Shown here in pieces: positions 50,618 to 60,297 of a stretch of DNA of 64,000 nucleotides; the first letter of the stretch is position 1, and every line of letters begins with the position of its first letter. This DNA is from an uncultured Helicobacteraceae bacterium (lineage in GTDB: Bacteria > Campylobacterota > Campylobacteria > Campylobacterales > Helicobacteraceae): contig CAMWQM010000006.1 of the NCBI GenBank assembly GCA_947176375.1, positions 13,531 to 77,530 on the forward strand, given 5' to 3'. The notes beneath the pieces are model-generated. The model ran no database searches. It was given only the letters and a program-made list of their open reading frames with translations, and was not told the origin of the DNA. Made by a program: the position numbers and the translations under genes.

Positions 50618-52911
50618 ATGCTCTTTAGTTCTTTTATTTTTATCTTTGCATTTTTACCTTTGATGTTTGTTGTATTTCATATTCTAAAATACTTTTCATT
50701 TTATAAAAGTGCTAAAATCTCTCTTGTTTTAGGAAGTCTATTTTTCTATTCTTTTTGGAAACTTTCTTATCTTCCAATTCTGCTTAGCTCAATTATCATA
50801 AATTATTTTCTAGCTTTAATGATTACTAGATATGGGGGGGGGAATCGCATATTTTAGAATCTAATTTAGATTCTAAATCAAATACACTTTCTAAAAGTTT
50901 AGTTTCCACTTCTATACATTTTATTTCAAACTCTAAATTAATGCCATTTAAACTTACATCATCTCTAACTCCAAAGGCTTTTCTAATTCTAGGCATTATA
51001 TTTAATCTTGCTTTATTAGGTTTCTTTAAATATACAGATTTCTTTTTATCAAATGTTAATACTATCTTTAATATTATAAATCTAGATTTTAATATTACAT
51101 TGCCTCATATTATGCTTCCTCTTGCTATTTCATTTTTTACATTTCAACAGATTGCTTTTCTAGTAGATTGCTATAAACAAAGAAAAGATAGCACTAAAAG
51201 TTTAGAAACTAAAACAGAATCCACTTTGAATATAAAAAATACTAATTTAAATGAAGTTTTAGAATGTGAAGATTCTATTATTAAACACAAGAAAGAATCT
51301 AATTTAATTTTAGATTCTAAAGATTCCCAATCTCTAAATATAAATACTACAATAGAATCTAAAACTTTTAATTATAATGCAAGCATAAATCCTAATATTC
51401 CTAATAATCAAGCTAAAGTCATAAAATATTCCGCTCCTCTAGACTTTCTTGATTATTGTTTATTTGTTTGTTTCTTTCCACAACTTATTGCTGGTCCAAT
51501 AGTGCATCATAAAGAGATGATGCCACAATTTAATAATTTGCAAAATAAAAGAAAAGATAAAAAATTGAATTTAGATTCCAAAGTAAATGCGGAAATTAAA
51601 AAGGAAAATGAAAGTTTAGAAGCTAAATTAAATAAATCAAATGTGGATTCTAAATTAGATTCCACTCTAAACATAGAATCTAACAGCATCAATTTAATAA
51701 ATCACAACAAACAATATTTAGATTCTAAAGTTGAATCTAATTCTATCCCAAATCAAATAAATCAAAATAAAACATCCTTTTTAGATTACAAACTTATTGC
51801 TAAAGGATTGTTTATCTTTAGTATAGGATTATTTAAAAAGGTATTCATAGCAGATTCATTTGCTAAATGGGCTAATAAAGGATTTGAGGCAGTAGAGAAC
51901 GGAATTGTGCTAAATGTTGTAGAATCGTGGGCTACATCATTATCTTATACTTATCAACTCTATTTTGATTTTAGCGGATATTGTGATATGGCAATAGGAT
52001 TAGGACTTCTATTTGGAATCGTGCTGCCTATTAATTTTTATTCTCCTTATAAAGCATTAAATATTACTATATTCTGGAGGAAATGGCATATAACTTTAGG
52101 AAGATTCCTAAAAGACTATATCTATATCCCACTAGGAGGCAATAAAAATAGCATTAATAAAATAAAAAATAATATTCTAACTTTAAGAAGCCTCTTTCTT
52201 GTAGCATTCATTAGTGGAATCTGGCACGGAGCAGGATGGGGCTTTATTATCTGGGGGACAATGCATGGAATTGCTATGGTAATTCATAGAGCTTATAGGT
52301 TTATTATAGATTATTTTTTACAAAAAGAGGAGAATAGAAAGAAAGAAGATAATAAATATTTAAAAACTATAATGGAATGTAAATCAAATTTAGATTCCAA
52401 AGTAGAATTAGAATCTACGAATAATATAAATATTCAAAGTTTAGATTCTAAATCTAATTTAGCTTTAGATTCCAATCACAATAAATTTAATAGCTTCCAT
52501 AGATTTACTAGATTCTCATTAAAAAGCTTTTTAGATTCTACATTCTATAAAGTGATTTGCTTTATTATTACTTTTAATTTTATAAATATTGCGTGGATAT
52601 TCTTTAGAAGTGAGAATGTAAGTGGAGCAATCAATCTTTTAAGAGGAATGTTTGGGGTAGAGTGGGTCGATTTGCCGCTAAAGTGGTGGAGAATGCCAGA
52701 AACTTTAAAGACAATTGAAGGTAGAAATGAAACTATAATTTATATCATCCTAGCTTTTGTAGTATGTTTATGGATTAGGAATAGTTGGGAGATGGCTAGA
52801 GCTTTTAGTGGTAGAGTATGGGAGGTTGTGCTATTTGCTGTTTTTATTCAAATTTCATTTAGTTGTATGCAAGATGCAACAATACAAGAATTTATATATT
52901 TTAACTTTTAG
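50618..52911 (+). CDS. MBOAT-family O-acyltransferase (AlgI/DltB/PatA-like), frameshifted at a poly-G tract in this sequence and carrying LDS-rich inserts
   Basis: - ORF 50618-50857 encodes the MBOAT N-terminus (MLFSSFIFIFAFLPL...).
- ORF 50941-52911, whose frame is open from 50843, encodes the rest: ISFFTFQQIAFLVDCY, FFPQLIAGPI, WRKWHITLGRFLKDYIYIPLGG and the conserved His in SGIWHGAGW.
- The two frames differ by one nucleotide at G9 (50834-50842). Confidence 0.85.
50834..50842 (+). repeat. Homopolymeric G9 tract (candidate phase-variation switch)
   Basis: The sequence is tatGGGGGGGGGaatc. With G9 the frame stops at TAG 50855. Adding one G (G10), or removing two (G7), would fuse the N-terminal ORF to the downstream MBOAT frame. 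Confidence 0.8.
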
Positions 52912-52919
52912 GATAAGTT

Positions 52920-54023
52920 ATGTTTAAAATCACAATGTTGATTCATAATATTTTATCTAAACGAATAGATTTTAAAGTGTGGATTATACTTGGCTTTTTG
53001 TCGAATATGTTTATGATTGGTGTATTGTGTTTTAATATTTTTATTGACCCATATTTGCTTTTTTCACATAATACTCGTTTTAATATTCTAAGCTATGGGA
53101 GTAATGAGCGACAAGAAAAAACAAATAGAATCTACTTTAATAATAATAAAGATTATAATGCTATTTTGCTTGGTAGTTCTCGTGCTACTTTTGTAAATCA
53201 ATATGAATTTAAAGGAATGAGGCTATACAACTATGCTGTTTCATCAATGATGCCATTTGAATATAAATTTTATATTGATTTTATGAAGCAATCACTAAAT
53301 AAAGATCTTGATTATATAATTTTACAAATTGATTTTTTTGGTTCAAATGTTCCTAGTGAAAAGATATTAAAAGAACAAGACCCTGTTCAATTTATAAATA
53401 CCACTACGCAGCCTTTTTATCGCTTAAGAGCATACTTTTCACTACAAACATTTAAAAAATATAGTTTAGTAGTATTAAAAGAATCATTAGGTTTTACACA
53501 GCCATTTTATCATTCTTACTATTTTAGAAATAATGTTAAAATTCGTAAAAAAGCTACAGAAGAGCAGAGAGCTAAAGATTTTAACTTTCATCTAAAAAGG
53601 CATACCAAAGAGTTAAGCGATTCATATTATAAATTTAATGAAAATTTAATAATGATTTTACAAACAATCAAACAAGAAAATAAAAATTCGCAATTTATTG
53701 TCTATACTTCGCCAATAACAGCTAATTTACTGGCTTCCATTATTCGTAATGCTAATAGATGGGAGGAATATAAACAATGGCTAAAGATGCATATTGAAGT
53801 TTTTGGTAGTGTATGGCAATTTATGGGGATAAATTCTATCACAACAAATTTAAATAACTACCCTGATGATGACCATTTATACCCTGAAATATGCACTTTA
53901 ATGGCACACAAAATTACAAACTATCAAATTGATAAGATTCCACAAGACTTTGGAATCTTGCTTACAAAAGACAATATCGATGAATATTTAGAGAATCTAG
54001 CAGATGAAATTGCAAAATATTAG
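52920..54023 (+). CDS. MBOAT-partner protein, DltD/DUF1574-like (single N-terminal TM, extracytoplasmic acyl-transfer/esterase-like)
   Basis: 367 aa with one TM helix and then LLGSSRA, a Ser-containing motif typical of DltD-like partners. It starts 9 nt after the MBOAT stop. Confidence 0.55.
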   Translation: MFKITMLIHNILSKRIDFKVWIILGFLSNMFMIGVLCFNIFIDPYLLFSHNTRFNILSYGSNERQEKTNRIYFNNNKDYNAILLGSSRATFVNQYEFKGMRLYNYAVSSMMPFEYKFYIDFMKQSLNKDLDYIILQIDFFGSNVPSEKILKEQDPVQFINTTTQPFYRLRAYFSLQTFKKYSLVVLKESLGFTQPFYHSYYFRNNVKIRKKATEEQRAKDFNFHLKRHTKELSDSYYKFNENLIMILQTIKQENKNSQFIVYTSPITANLLASIIRNANRWEEYKQWLKMHIEVFGSVWQFMGINSITTNLNNYPDDDHLYPEICTLMAHKITNYQIDKIPQDFGILLTKDNIDEYLENLADEIAKY

Positions 54024-54116
54024 TTAATTTGATTTATTTAGAATCTTATTATTTGAATTTAGATAATATTTGCAATTTAAAACTATTTACGCAACAAAAA
54101 GGGATAAGATAAGTCA

Positions 54117-55103
54117 ATGAGATATTTAGTGATTTTTTTATTGTTAATTACCGCTTATGCAGATGAAGTTAATAAAAATAAAATGTATGAAATCGTAGAT
54201 GAATACAGAAAAGATGGGTTAAAAAATATAAAATCTATATTAGAAAAATACCTGATAGACAGGGATTATTGGCTAAATGTGCTCAATACAAAGGATACGA
54301 AATTTGGATATTATGAGAATCTAAAATACATTTTTATAGCCTCAAAAAGTGATACAAAACTGCAATTATACAAACTAGAAAATAACAAATTTAATTTGAT
54401 AAATCAAACAAATGCTATTTTTGGCTCAAACCAAAATGATAAAAAAGTAGAGGGAGATTTAGCCACTCCCATCGGTGTTTATACACTAACGGCAAAACTT
54501 TCAAAATTAGACCAATATTATGGACCGCTTGCTTTTGCGACTTCTTATCCAAATTTATATGATAAATTGCATAAAAAAACAGGTTATGGAATCTGGATTC
54601 ACGGATTGCCGCTAAATGGCGATAGAACGGAGAAAAATACGAAAGGCTGCATTGCGATTGAAAATAATACTTTAAGCCAATACGAAAAAATTATTGATTA
54701 TAAGGATACGATTTTAATCACCTCTACAAATCCGCTAAAAGAGGTTTCAAAAGATACACTTGCTAATATTTTGCAGGGACTTTTTATATGGCGGAATGCG
54801 TGGATAGAAAATGATTTGGAGATGTATTTGTCATTTTATGATAATGATTTTATCCGCTTTGATGGGATGAAAATCAAGGAATTTGTAGATTATAAAAAAA
54901 GAGTTTTTAGTAAAAATGAGACAAAAAGCATTGATTTTGTTTGGATAAATATAGCGCCATATCCAAATGACAAAAATCAAAATATGTATAAAGTTATATT
55001 TTTAGAGGATTACAAAGCGGAAGGTGGATACAAATTCAAAGGAGTAAAAGAGCTATACATCACTTTAAATAACAATAAAATGAAAATTTTAGTAGAAAAG
55101 TAA
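54117..55103 (+). CDS. YkuD-fold L,D-carboxypeptidase/transpeptidase with C-terminal NTF2-like domain (Csd6-like cell-shape determinant)
   Basis: 328 aa with a signal peptide and the catalytic region IWIHGLPLNGDRTEKNTKGCIAIEN. The C-terminal region LFIWRNAWIENDLEMYLSFYDNDF is NTF2/SnoaL-like. The architecture and size match H. pylori Csd6. Confidence 0.75.
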   Translation: MRYLVIFLLLITAYADEVNKNKMYEIVDEYRKDGLKNIKSILEKYLIDRDYWLNVLNTKDTKFGYYENLKYIFIASKSDTKLQLYKLENNKFNLINQTNAIFGSNQNDKKVEGDLATPIGVYTLTAKLSKLDQYYGPLAFATSYPNLYDKLHKKTGYGIWIHGLPLNGDRTEKNTKGCIAIENNTLSQYEKIIDYKDTILITSTNPLKEVSKDTLANILQGLFIWRNAWIENDLEMYLSFYDNDFIRFDGMKIKEFVDYKKRVFSKNETKSIDFVWINIAPYPNDKNQNMYKVIFLEDYKAEGGYKFKGVKELYITLNNNKMKILVEK

Positions 55104-56689
55104 AATTTTATTTTGAATTCTTATTCTCTACTTTTTGTAAGAATTTTTTCTAGTTATTTAAGTTATGTATAGCTCTTTTGGAATGATTGTCTCTATGGTT
55201 AGATTCTACTCTTTTAATATCTAGCTTTAGAAAGTAGATTCTGCTATGTTTGTTTAAAATTTTTTATAAATTTGCATAAATTAATCACTTCTACTTCGCA
55301 AGTTTCCTCTGTGTGCTGGATACTAGGAATAATTCCATTTCCTTGAGATAATAAATTGCCATCATTTAGGAATTTTGTCTTGCAGTTCCTGTTTGAGACT
55401 ACCTACGATATAAAAATACATTTTCATTATATTCATATTTTTTTATAAAATTGCATTTAGGTATATATTTGGCTCGAAGCTATAAACTCTAGCTCCGCAG
55501 TAAGCATAATATCAGTGATTAATCCTGTGGGAGCACTGCAATCAATGCAAATGGGCTTGTCATCATTTAAATCAATTTTTGCTAAATTTTTGATTTTTTG
55601 TTTGGTAGTGTTTATTTTGAATTGCTGTGTTTTTGAATATCTTTGTTTTGCTATTTTTACTTTGAAATTTTGCCATTAATATATTGATTTTCCTTTTTTA
55701 TAGAGCTTTTTTAGAATATTTTGTAAAAAATGTCATAATATTGCTTTGGGATATAAGCGTTGTGAATTAAGTTTAGTTTCCATAGTCCTTTATCATCTAG
55801 CAGCGTATTAACTATTTCTAATATAATCAAAGATATTTTCTTCAGTTTCATCGTCCTATATTGCATCACTAAATTTTGTATTCTTTTCAGTTGGCTTGTA
55901 AAATATTTTTGCACAAATTTGATAGAATTCCCCATATTCATTTGGAAATTGCCTATTCAATAAAATACAGAAATACTTTTCTTTTTGGACAACTAAAAGT
56001 CCTATCTCAAAAAATTGCTACCCTCTAGTGGAATCTAGCATATCTGCTCAAATGCAGTGATGATTATTTCAAATGGTGCTTTGTGAAAACTTACGCATTT
56101 TGAGTATTCCCCAATAGTGATTGTATGCTCTTAAACTTTGCTAGTGGTGCTTTAGCGGCAATAACAGAGTTTAAACTTGTAATTATATCTGCCATCCCTC
56201 TCTTTTATTTAATTATTTAGAGTATTTAACAAGCTAAATTATGCAATAGATTCTACATAATTTATTAAATTTTCTAGTTAAATTACTTACTACTCTCAAA
56301 ACTATTTGTGTGATAAGCCATTCTTAAAAATTTGTAGTATAGTTTCCGAATCCTCACTTCTCATAGGAATTTTTCCTTATATTTTGATAAAGTTTTACTC
56401 TCTCATTCTCATTTAAGGGGACACAAATTTCCTAAAAATCCTTTGTATTGTTAATATATTCGTTTCTTGCCGAATTAAAATGCAACAACTCTTTTGTCTA
56501 TCTTTTATTCACCTTATCCTTCTTTTTTAGATTCTAAATTACTATTAAAAGACAATAATTAGCAAAAACCAAAAATAGCACTAGATTTAACTTTAGTTTC
56601 TTTCTAACTTCTTTATTATTTTAAATTTCGCAATTTTTTGTGTAAAGATTTAACTTTTTTTAAGTCTTAAATTTACAAAATTTATTTTT

Positions 56690-57874
56690 TTAAGATTCTA
56701 CTTCATAACCCATTTTTTTAAGCTCTTTTTTGCTCCTGCTCCAGCCTTTTTTAACAACCACATTTAGTTTTAAAAATAGCTTTTTAGCACAAAATTCCTC
56801 AATACTCTTTCGTGCGCTAATGCCGATATTTTTGATACTTCTGCCACCACTGCCAACTAAAATAATTTGCTGACTTTTTTTCTCCACTATAATGTCTGCG
56901 TAAATTTCATTGATGGTTTCTTTTTCCCTAAAACTCTTAATAACTACATCACTTTGATATGGCACTTCCTTGTTAGAGTATTTAAAAACTGCCTCTCTAA
57001 TCTTTTCTCTGCAAATTTCTTTAAGATTCTGTGTGCTAATAAGCTCTGTATCATAGAGATATGGGGAATTTGGTAAATATTTACTAATTTCTTTTAATAA
57101 AACTTCCAAATTTAGCCCCTTAAAACAAGATAGCGGAATAAGCTCCTTATAGTTGTCCTTAAAAGCTTCATATTGCTTGATTTTTGTAAATACTTCATTT
57201 TTGCTTACTAAATCAATCTTGCTTAAAATTAAAATATGGGGCTTATTGCTTAAATTTAAAAAGTCTTTATAGTGCTTAATATCATCTGTAATTGGCGCTA
57301 GAAACGCTACTAAATCGCAGTTTTCAATCGCCCTCAACGTCTCTTTTAGCATAAATTGATTTAGTAGCTTTTCCCTCTCGTGAATCCCGGGCGTATCAAT
57401 GAAAATAATTTGAGTTTTATCGTGCATTACTATGATATTCATTTGCTTTCTAGTAGCATTAATTTTGTGCGAAGTCATTGCAATATTTTCATTTATAATA
57501 GCATTTAATAATGTGCTTTTGCCCGCATTTGGACGCCCAACTATCGCTATAAATCCAGCTTTTGTGAAATCTTTAGAATCTGTAGAATATTTCTCAGGAT
57601 TCTGCGTTACATTTTTAGAATCCAAAGTATTTGCTCTTAAATCTCTTTGTTTGGAAGCTTTTTGAGCAAGATTCTGCATTTTAGTTTTCTGCTTTAGATT
57701 CTCCTTTTCTTGTAATTTAGAGGCTCTTTTAGAATCTATATTTTGCTTTTTAGATTCTCCTTTTAAAGTAGCATTATTTGAGGCTTTATTAAACTTATAA
57801 TCTTTTTTAGATTCCAAATTCTTATTATTAGATTTTGCATTTTTGTTTGAGCTAGATTCCATTTTGGATTCCAC
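56690..57874 (-). CDS. era: GTPase Era with ~100-aa repeat-derived N-terminal extension
   Basis: G1 GRPNAGKSTLLN, G3 DTPGIH, G4 SKIDL and a C-terminal KH domain are present. The ORF is open up to GTG 57874, 2 nt after the hslU stop. No start codon lies within 22 codons upstream of the G domain. Confidence 0.88.
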   Translation of the reverse strand: MESKMESSSNKNAKSNNKNLESKKDYKFNKASNNATLKGESKKQNIDSKRASKLQEKENLKQKTKMQNLAQKASKQRDLRANTLDSKNVTQNPEKYSTDSKDFTKAGFIAIVGRPNAGKSTLLNAIINENIAMTSHKINATRKQMNIIVMHDKTQIIFIDTPGIHEREKLLNQFMLKETLRAIENCDLVAFLAPITDDIKHYKDFLNLSNKPHILILSKIDLVSKNEVFTKIKQYEAFKDNYKELIPLSCFKGLNLEVLLKEISKYLPNSPYLYDTELISTQNLKEICREKIREAVFKYSNKEVPYQSDVVIKSFREKETINEIYADIIVEKKSQQIILVGSGGRSIKNIGISARKSIEEFCAKKLFLKLNVVVKKGWSRSKKELKKMGYEVES

Positions 57875-57876
57875 TT

Positions 57877-59181
57877 TTAGAGAATATATCTCGTGGTATC
57901 TGCATCTTTTATGATCGAATCTAATCTCTCTTCTATCAATTCCTTTGTGATAACTACTTCTTGGTCTTTGTAATCCGTAGCATTGAAGCTAATGTCTTCT
58001 AGCACTTTTTCTATTATCGTGTGAAGCCTCCTAGCACCTATGTCTTCAGTCTTTTCATTCGCAAGACAGGCAAAAGATGCAACCTTTCTAATCGCCTCAT
58101 CTTCAAATACAAGCTTCACACCCTCAGTTTGTAAAAGTAGGGTGTATTGCGTGATTATTGAATTTTTAGTCTGTGTTAGAATCCTATACAAAGTGTCCTC
58201 ATCTAGACTATCAAGCTCCACACGAATTGGGAATCTCCCTTGAAGCTCGGGGATTAAATCACTAGGCTTGCTTAGATGAAAAGCTCCTGCTGCGATAAAT
58301 AAAATATAATCTGTTTTAATCGAGCCATATTTCGTATCAACAATGCTTCCCTCAACGATTGGTAACAAATCTCTCTGCACACCTTCTTTGTTTGGATTTT
58401 GCCTATTATTGCTATTATCTGATGCAGTTTTATCAATCTCATCAATGAATATTATCCCGCTTTCTTCCGCCTTTTTTAGTGCTTCTGTCTTTAGTTCATC
58501 AATGTTTATGATATTTTCTATCGCCTCATTTTTGAGTAACTCTTTTGCTTCTTTGACATTTGTTTTTATCTTTTTTAGTTTTGTTTGCTTTGGGAATAGC
58601 TCTACAATCCCTATATTTGGGATTGGTAGAGGGTTTATTGGGGCTTCTGTGATTTCTATTTCAATCTCTGCATTATCCATTAGCCCATCTTCTATCTTTC
58701 GCTTCATTTTATCACACGAGATTTTATACTCCTCTTTTTTAGCGTCATTGACGCCACTAGGAAGTGGGGGGATTAGACTCTGGACTATTTTATTAATCAC
58801 ATATTCATTGATTTTATCTGCATTTTTATCCCTATATTCTTTTTTTACTAGATTCATAGATGCATTTACTAAATCCCTAACCATTGATTCCACATCCCGC
58901 CCTACAAAGCCAACTTCAGTGTATTTTGATGCTTCTACTTTTATGAATGGCAATCCTAAAATCTTTGCCATTCGCCTTGAGATTTCAGTTTTTCCAACCC
59001 CTGTGCTACCTATCATCAGGATATTTTTTGGCATAATTTCATCTTGCATTTCTTTTGGAAGTTGCATTCGCCTATATCTATTTCTTAGTGCTATTGCGAT
59101 AGCCCTTTTTGCCTTATCTTGCCCGATTATATATTCGTCTAAATATTCAACTATTTCTTTTGGTGTTTTATTATCAGTCAT
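57877..59181 (-). CDS. hslU: ATP-dependent protease ATPase subunit HslU
   Basis: 434 aa with the N-terminus [30 protein letters not shown], Walker [16 protein letters not shown] and Walker [10 protein letters not shown]. Confidence 0.95.
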   Translation of the reverse strand: MTDNKTPKEIVEYLDEYIIGQDKAKRAIAIALRNRYRRMQLPKEMQDEIMPKNILMIGSTGVGKTEISRRMAKILGLPFIKVEASKYTEVGFVGRDVESMVRDLVNASMNLVKKEYRDKNADKINEYVINKIVQSLIPPLPSGVNDAKKEEYKISCDKMKRKIEDGLMDNAEIEIEITEAPINPLPIPNIGIVELFPKQTKLKKIKTNVKEAKELLKNEAIENIINIDELKTEALKKAEESGIIFIDEIDKTASDNSNNRQNPNKEGVQRDLLPIVEGSIVDTKYGSIKTDYILFIAAGAFHLSKPSDLIPELQGRFPIRVELDSLDEDTLYRILTQTKNSIITQYTLLLQTEGVKLVFEDEAIRKVASFACLANEKTEDIGARRLHTIIEKVLEDISFNATDYKDQEVVITKELIEERLDSIIKDADTTRYIL

Positions 59182-59711
59182 TCAATCTCCAATAATTTTA
59201 TATTTGTATTTGTATAAACGCAAAGCTCACCTGCGATTTTTAGAGATTCTAAAACTAAAGTGCTTTCATCTAGTGAGGCATTTTTATCTAGTGCTCTAGC
59301 AGCCGCAAGAGCATAGTTCCCTCCGCTTCCTATCGCAGCTATCTTTCCATCTTCTGGCTCAACTACATCGCCAAGCCCGCTTAAAATGTAAATTTTTTCT
59401 TTATTTAACACTATCATCATAGCTTCTAATTTACGCAAATATTTGTCTTTTCGCCACTCCTTGCTAAACTCTATTACTGAGCGTTCCAAATCACCCTTTT
59501 TATTTTCTAAAATTTTTTCAAACATATCAAAGAGGCTAAAAGCATCGGCAGTACTTCCTGCAAATCCGCTTAAAATCTTGCCATCATAGAGACTTCGAAT
59601 CTTAGTTGCATTGCCCTTTAAAACGCAGTTTCCAAATGTGACCTGCCCATCGCCACCTATGACTGCTTTATTTTTGCCTTTATAAGCTAATATTGTCGTT
59701 GCTTCAAACAT
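59178..59711 (-). CDS. hslV: ATP-dependent protease peptidase subunit HslV
   Basis: 177 aa with an N-terminal catalytic Thr context (TTILAYKG) and GDGQVTFG. The stop overlaps the hslU start by 4 nt. Confidence 0.93.
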   Translation of the reverse strand: MFEATTILAYKGKNKAVIGGDGQVTFGNCVLKGNATKIRSLYDGKILSGFAGSTADAFSLFDMFEKILENKKGDLERSVIEFSKEWRKDKYLRKLEAMMIVLNKEKIYILSGLGDVVEPEDGKIAAIGSGGNYALAAARALDKNASLDESTLVLESLKIAGELCVYTNTNIKLLEIE

Positions 59712-59775
59712 ATTTCCCCTTTATTCTACAAAATTTATTTGTGTAGATTCTATACTTAAATTTTAGAATCTAGTC

Positions 59776-60222
59776 TTATTCTGCTACTATATCAACCTTG
59801 CAAGTAGCGTGGATTCCATATCCTAGCTTTAAATCTATCTCATAAATTCCTGTGCTTTTGATTGGATTTTTAAGTTCTAGGGCTTTTTTATCAATCTTAA
59901 TATTGTGAGATTCTAAAAATTTCTGTGCTATTTCTTCTTTTGTGATCGCCCCATATAGCGAACCATTTGCTCCAACTTTTTTGTTAATAACTAAAGTTAA
60001 ATCTTTAATTTTGCTAGCCAAGGCGTTTAGCTCTGTGATTAGCTTCTCTTCCTCCTCTTTTCTCTTTTTTTCATTAGCTCTAAACTTTGCGATAGCCTCA
60101 TTTGTAGCTAATATTGCAAAACCCTTGCCTATAAGAAAATTTCTCCCATAGCCATCTTTTACTTCGCAAATTTCTCCTGCTTTTCCTAGTGATTTCACAT
60201 CTTTTGTTAATAAAACTTTCAT
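59776..60222 (-). CDS. rplI: 50S ribosomal protein L9
   Basis: 148 aa. [36 protein letters not shown] is the canonical L9 N-terminus. Confidence 0.93.
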   Translation of the reverse strand: MKVLLTKDVKSLGKAGEICEVKDGYGRNFLIGKGFAILATNEAIAKFRANEKKRKEEEEKLITELNALASKIKDLTLVINKKVGANGSLYGAITKEEIAQKFLESHNIKIDKKALELKNPIKSTGIYEIDLKLGYGIHATCKVDIVAE

Positions 60223-60297
60223 TATTGCCTCTTTGTATAATTAGATTTTTTTAATATAATTTGCAATTCTAGCAAAAATTATTTTAAGAGGTTTTAA

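Noticed and set aside
50618-50857. A 79-aa ORF considered as a stand-alone small membrane protein.
   Set aside because: Its sequence is the canonical N-terminus of MBOAT/AlgI proteins. It is separated from the rest of the gene only by a one-nucleotide frame difference at the G9 tract.
56819-56830. A GCCGATAT sequence resembling a sigma28 -10 element.
   Set aside because: It lies on the plus strand inside the era coding region. There is no TAAA -35 element at the correct spacing and no downstream plus-strand gene.
58777-58782. A G6/C6 run inside hslU, considered as a possible phase-variable tract.
   Set aside because: It is too short for efficient slippage, it lies in an essential-type housekeeping gene, and the frame is intact.
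58343-59299. A 318-aa ORF on the plus strand, entirely antisense to hslU/hslV.
   Set aside because: Its composition is Ser/Phe/Ile/Leu-rich, typical of a shadow frame opposite a Lys/Glu/Asp-rich AT-rich gene. It has no RBS and no recognisable motifs. The hslU frame carries unmistakable AAA+ motifs.
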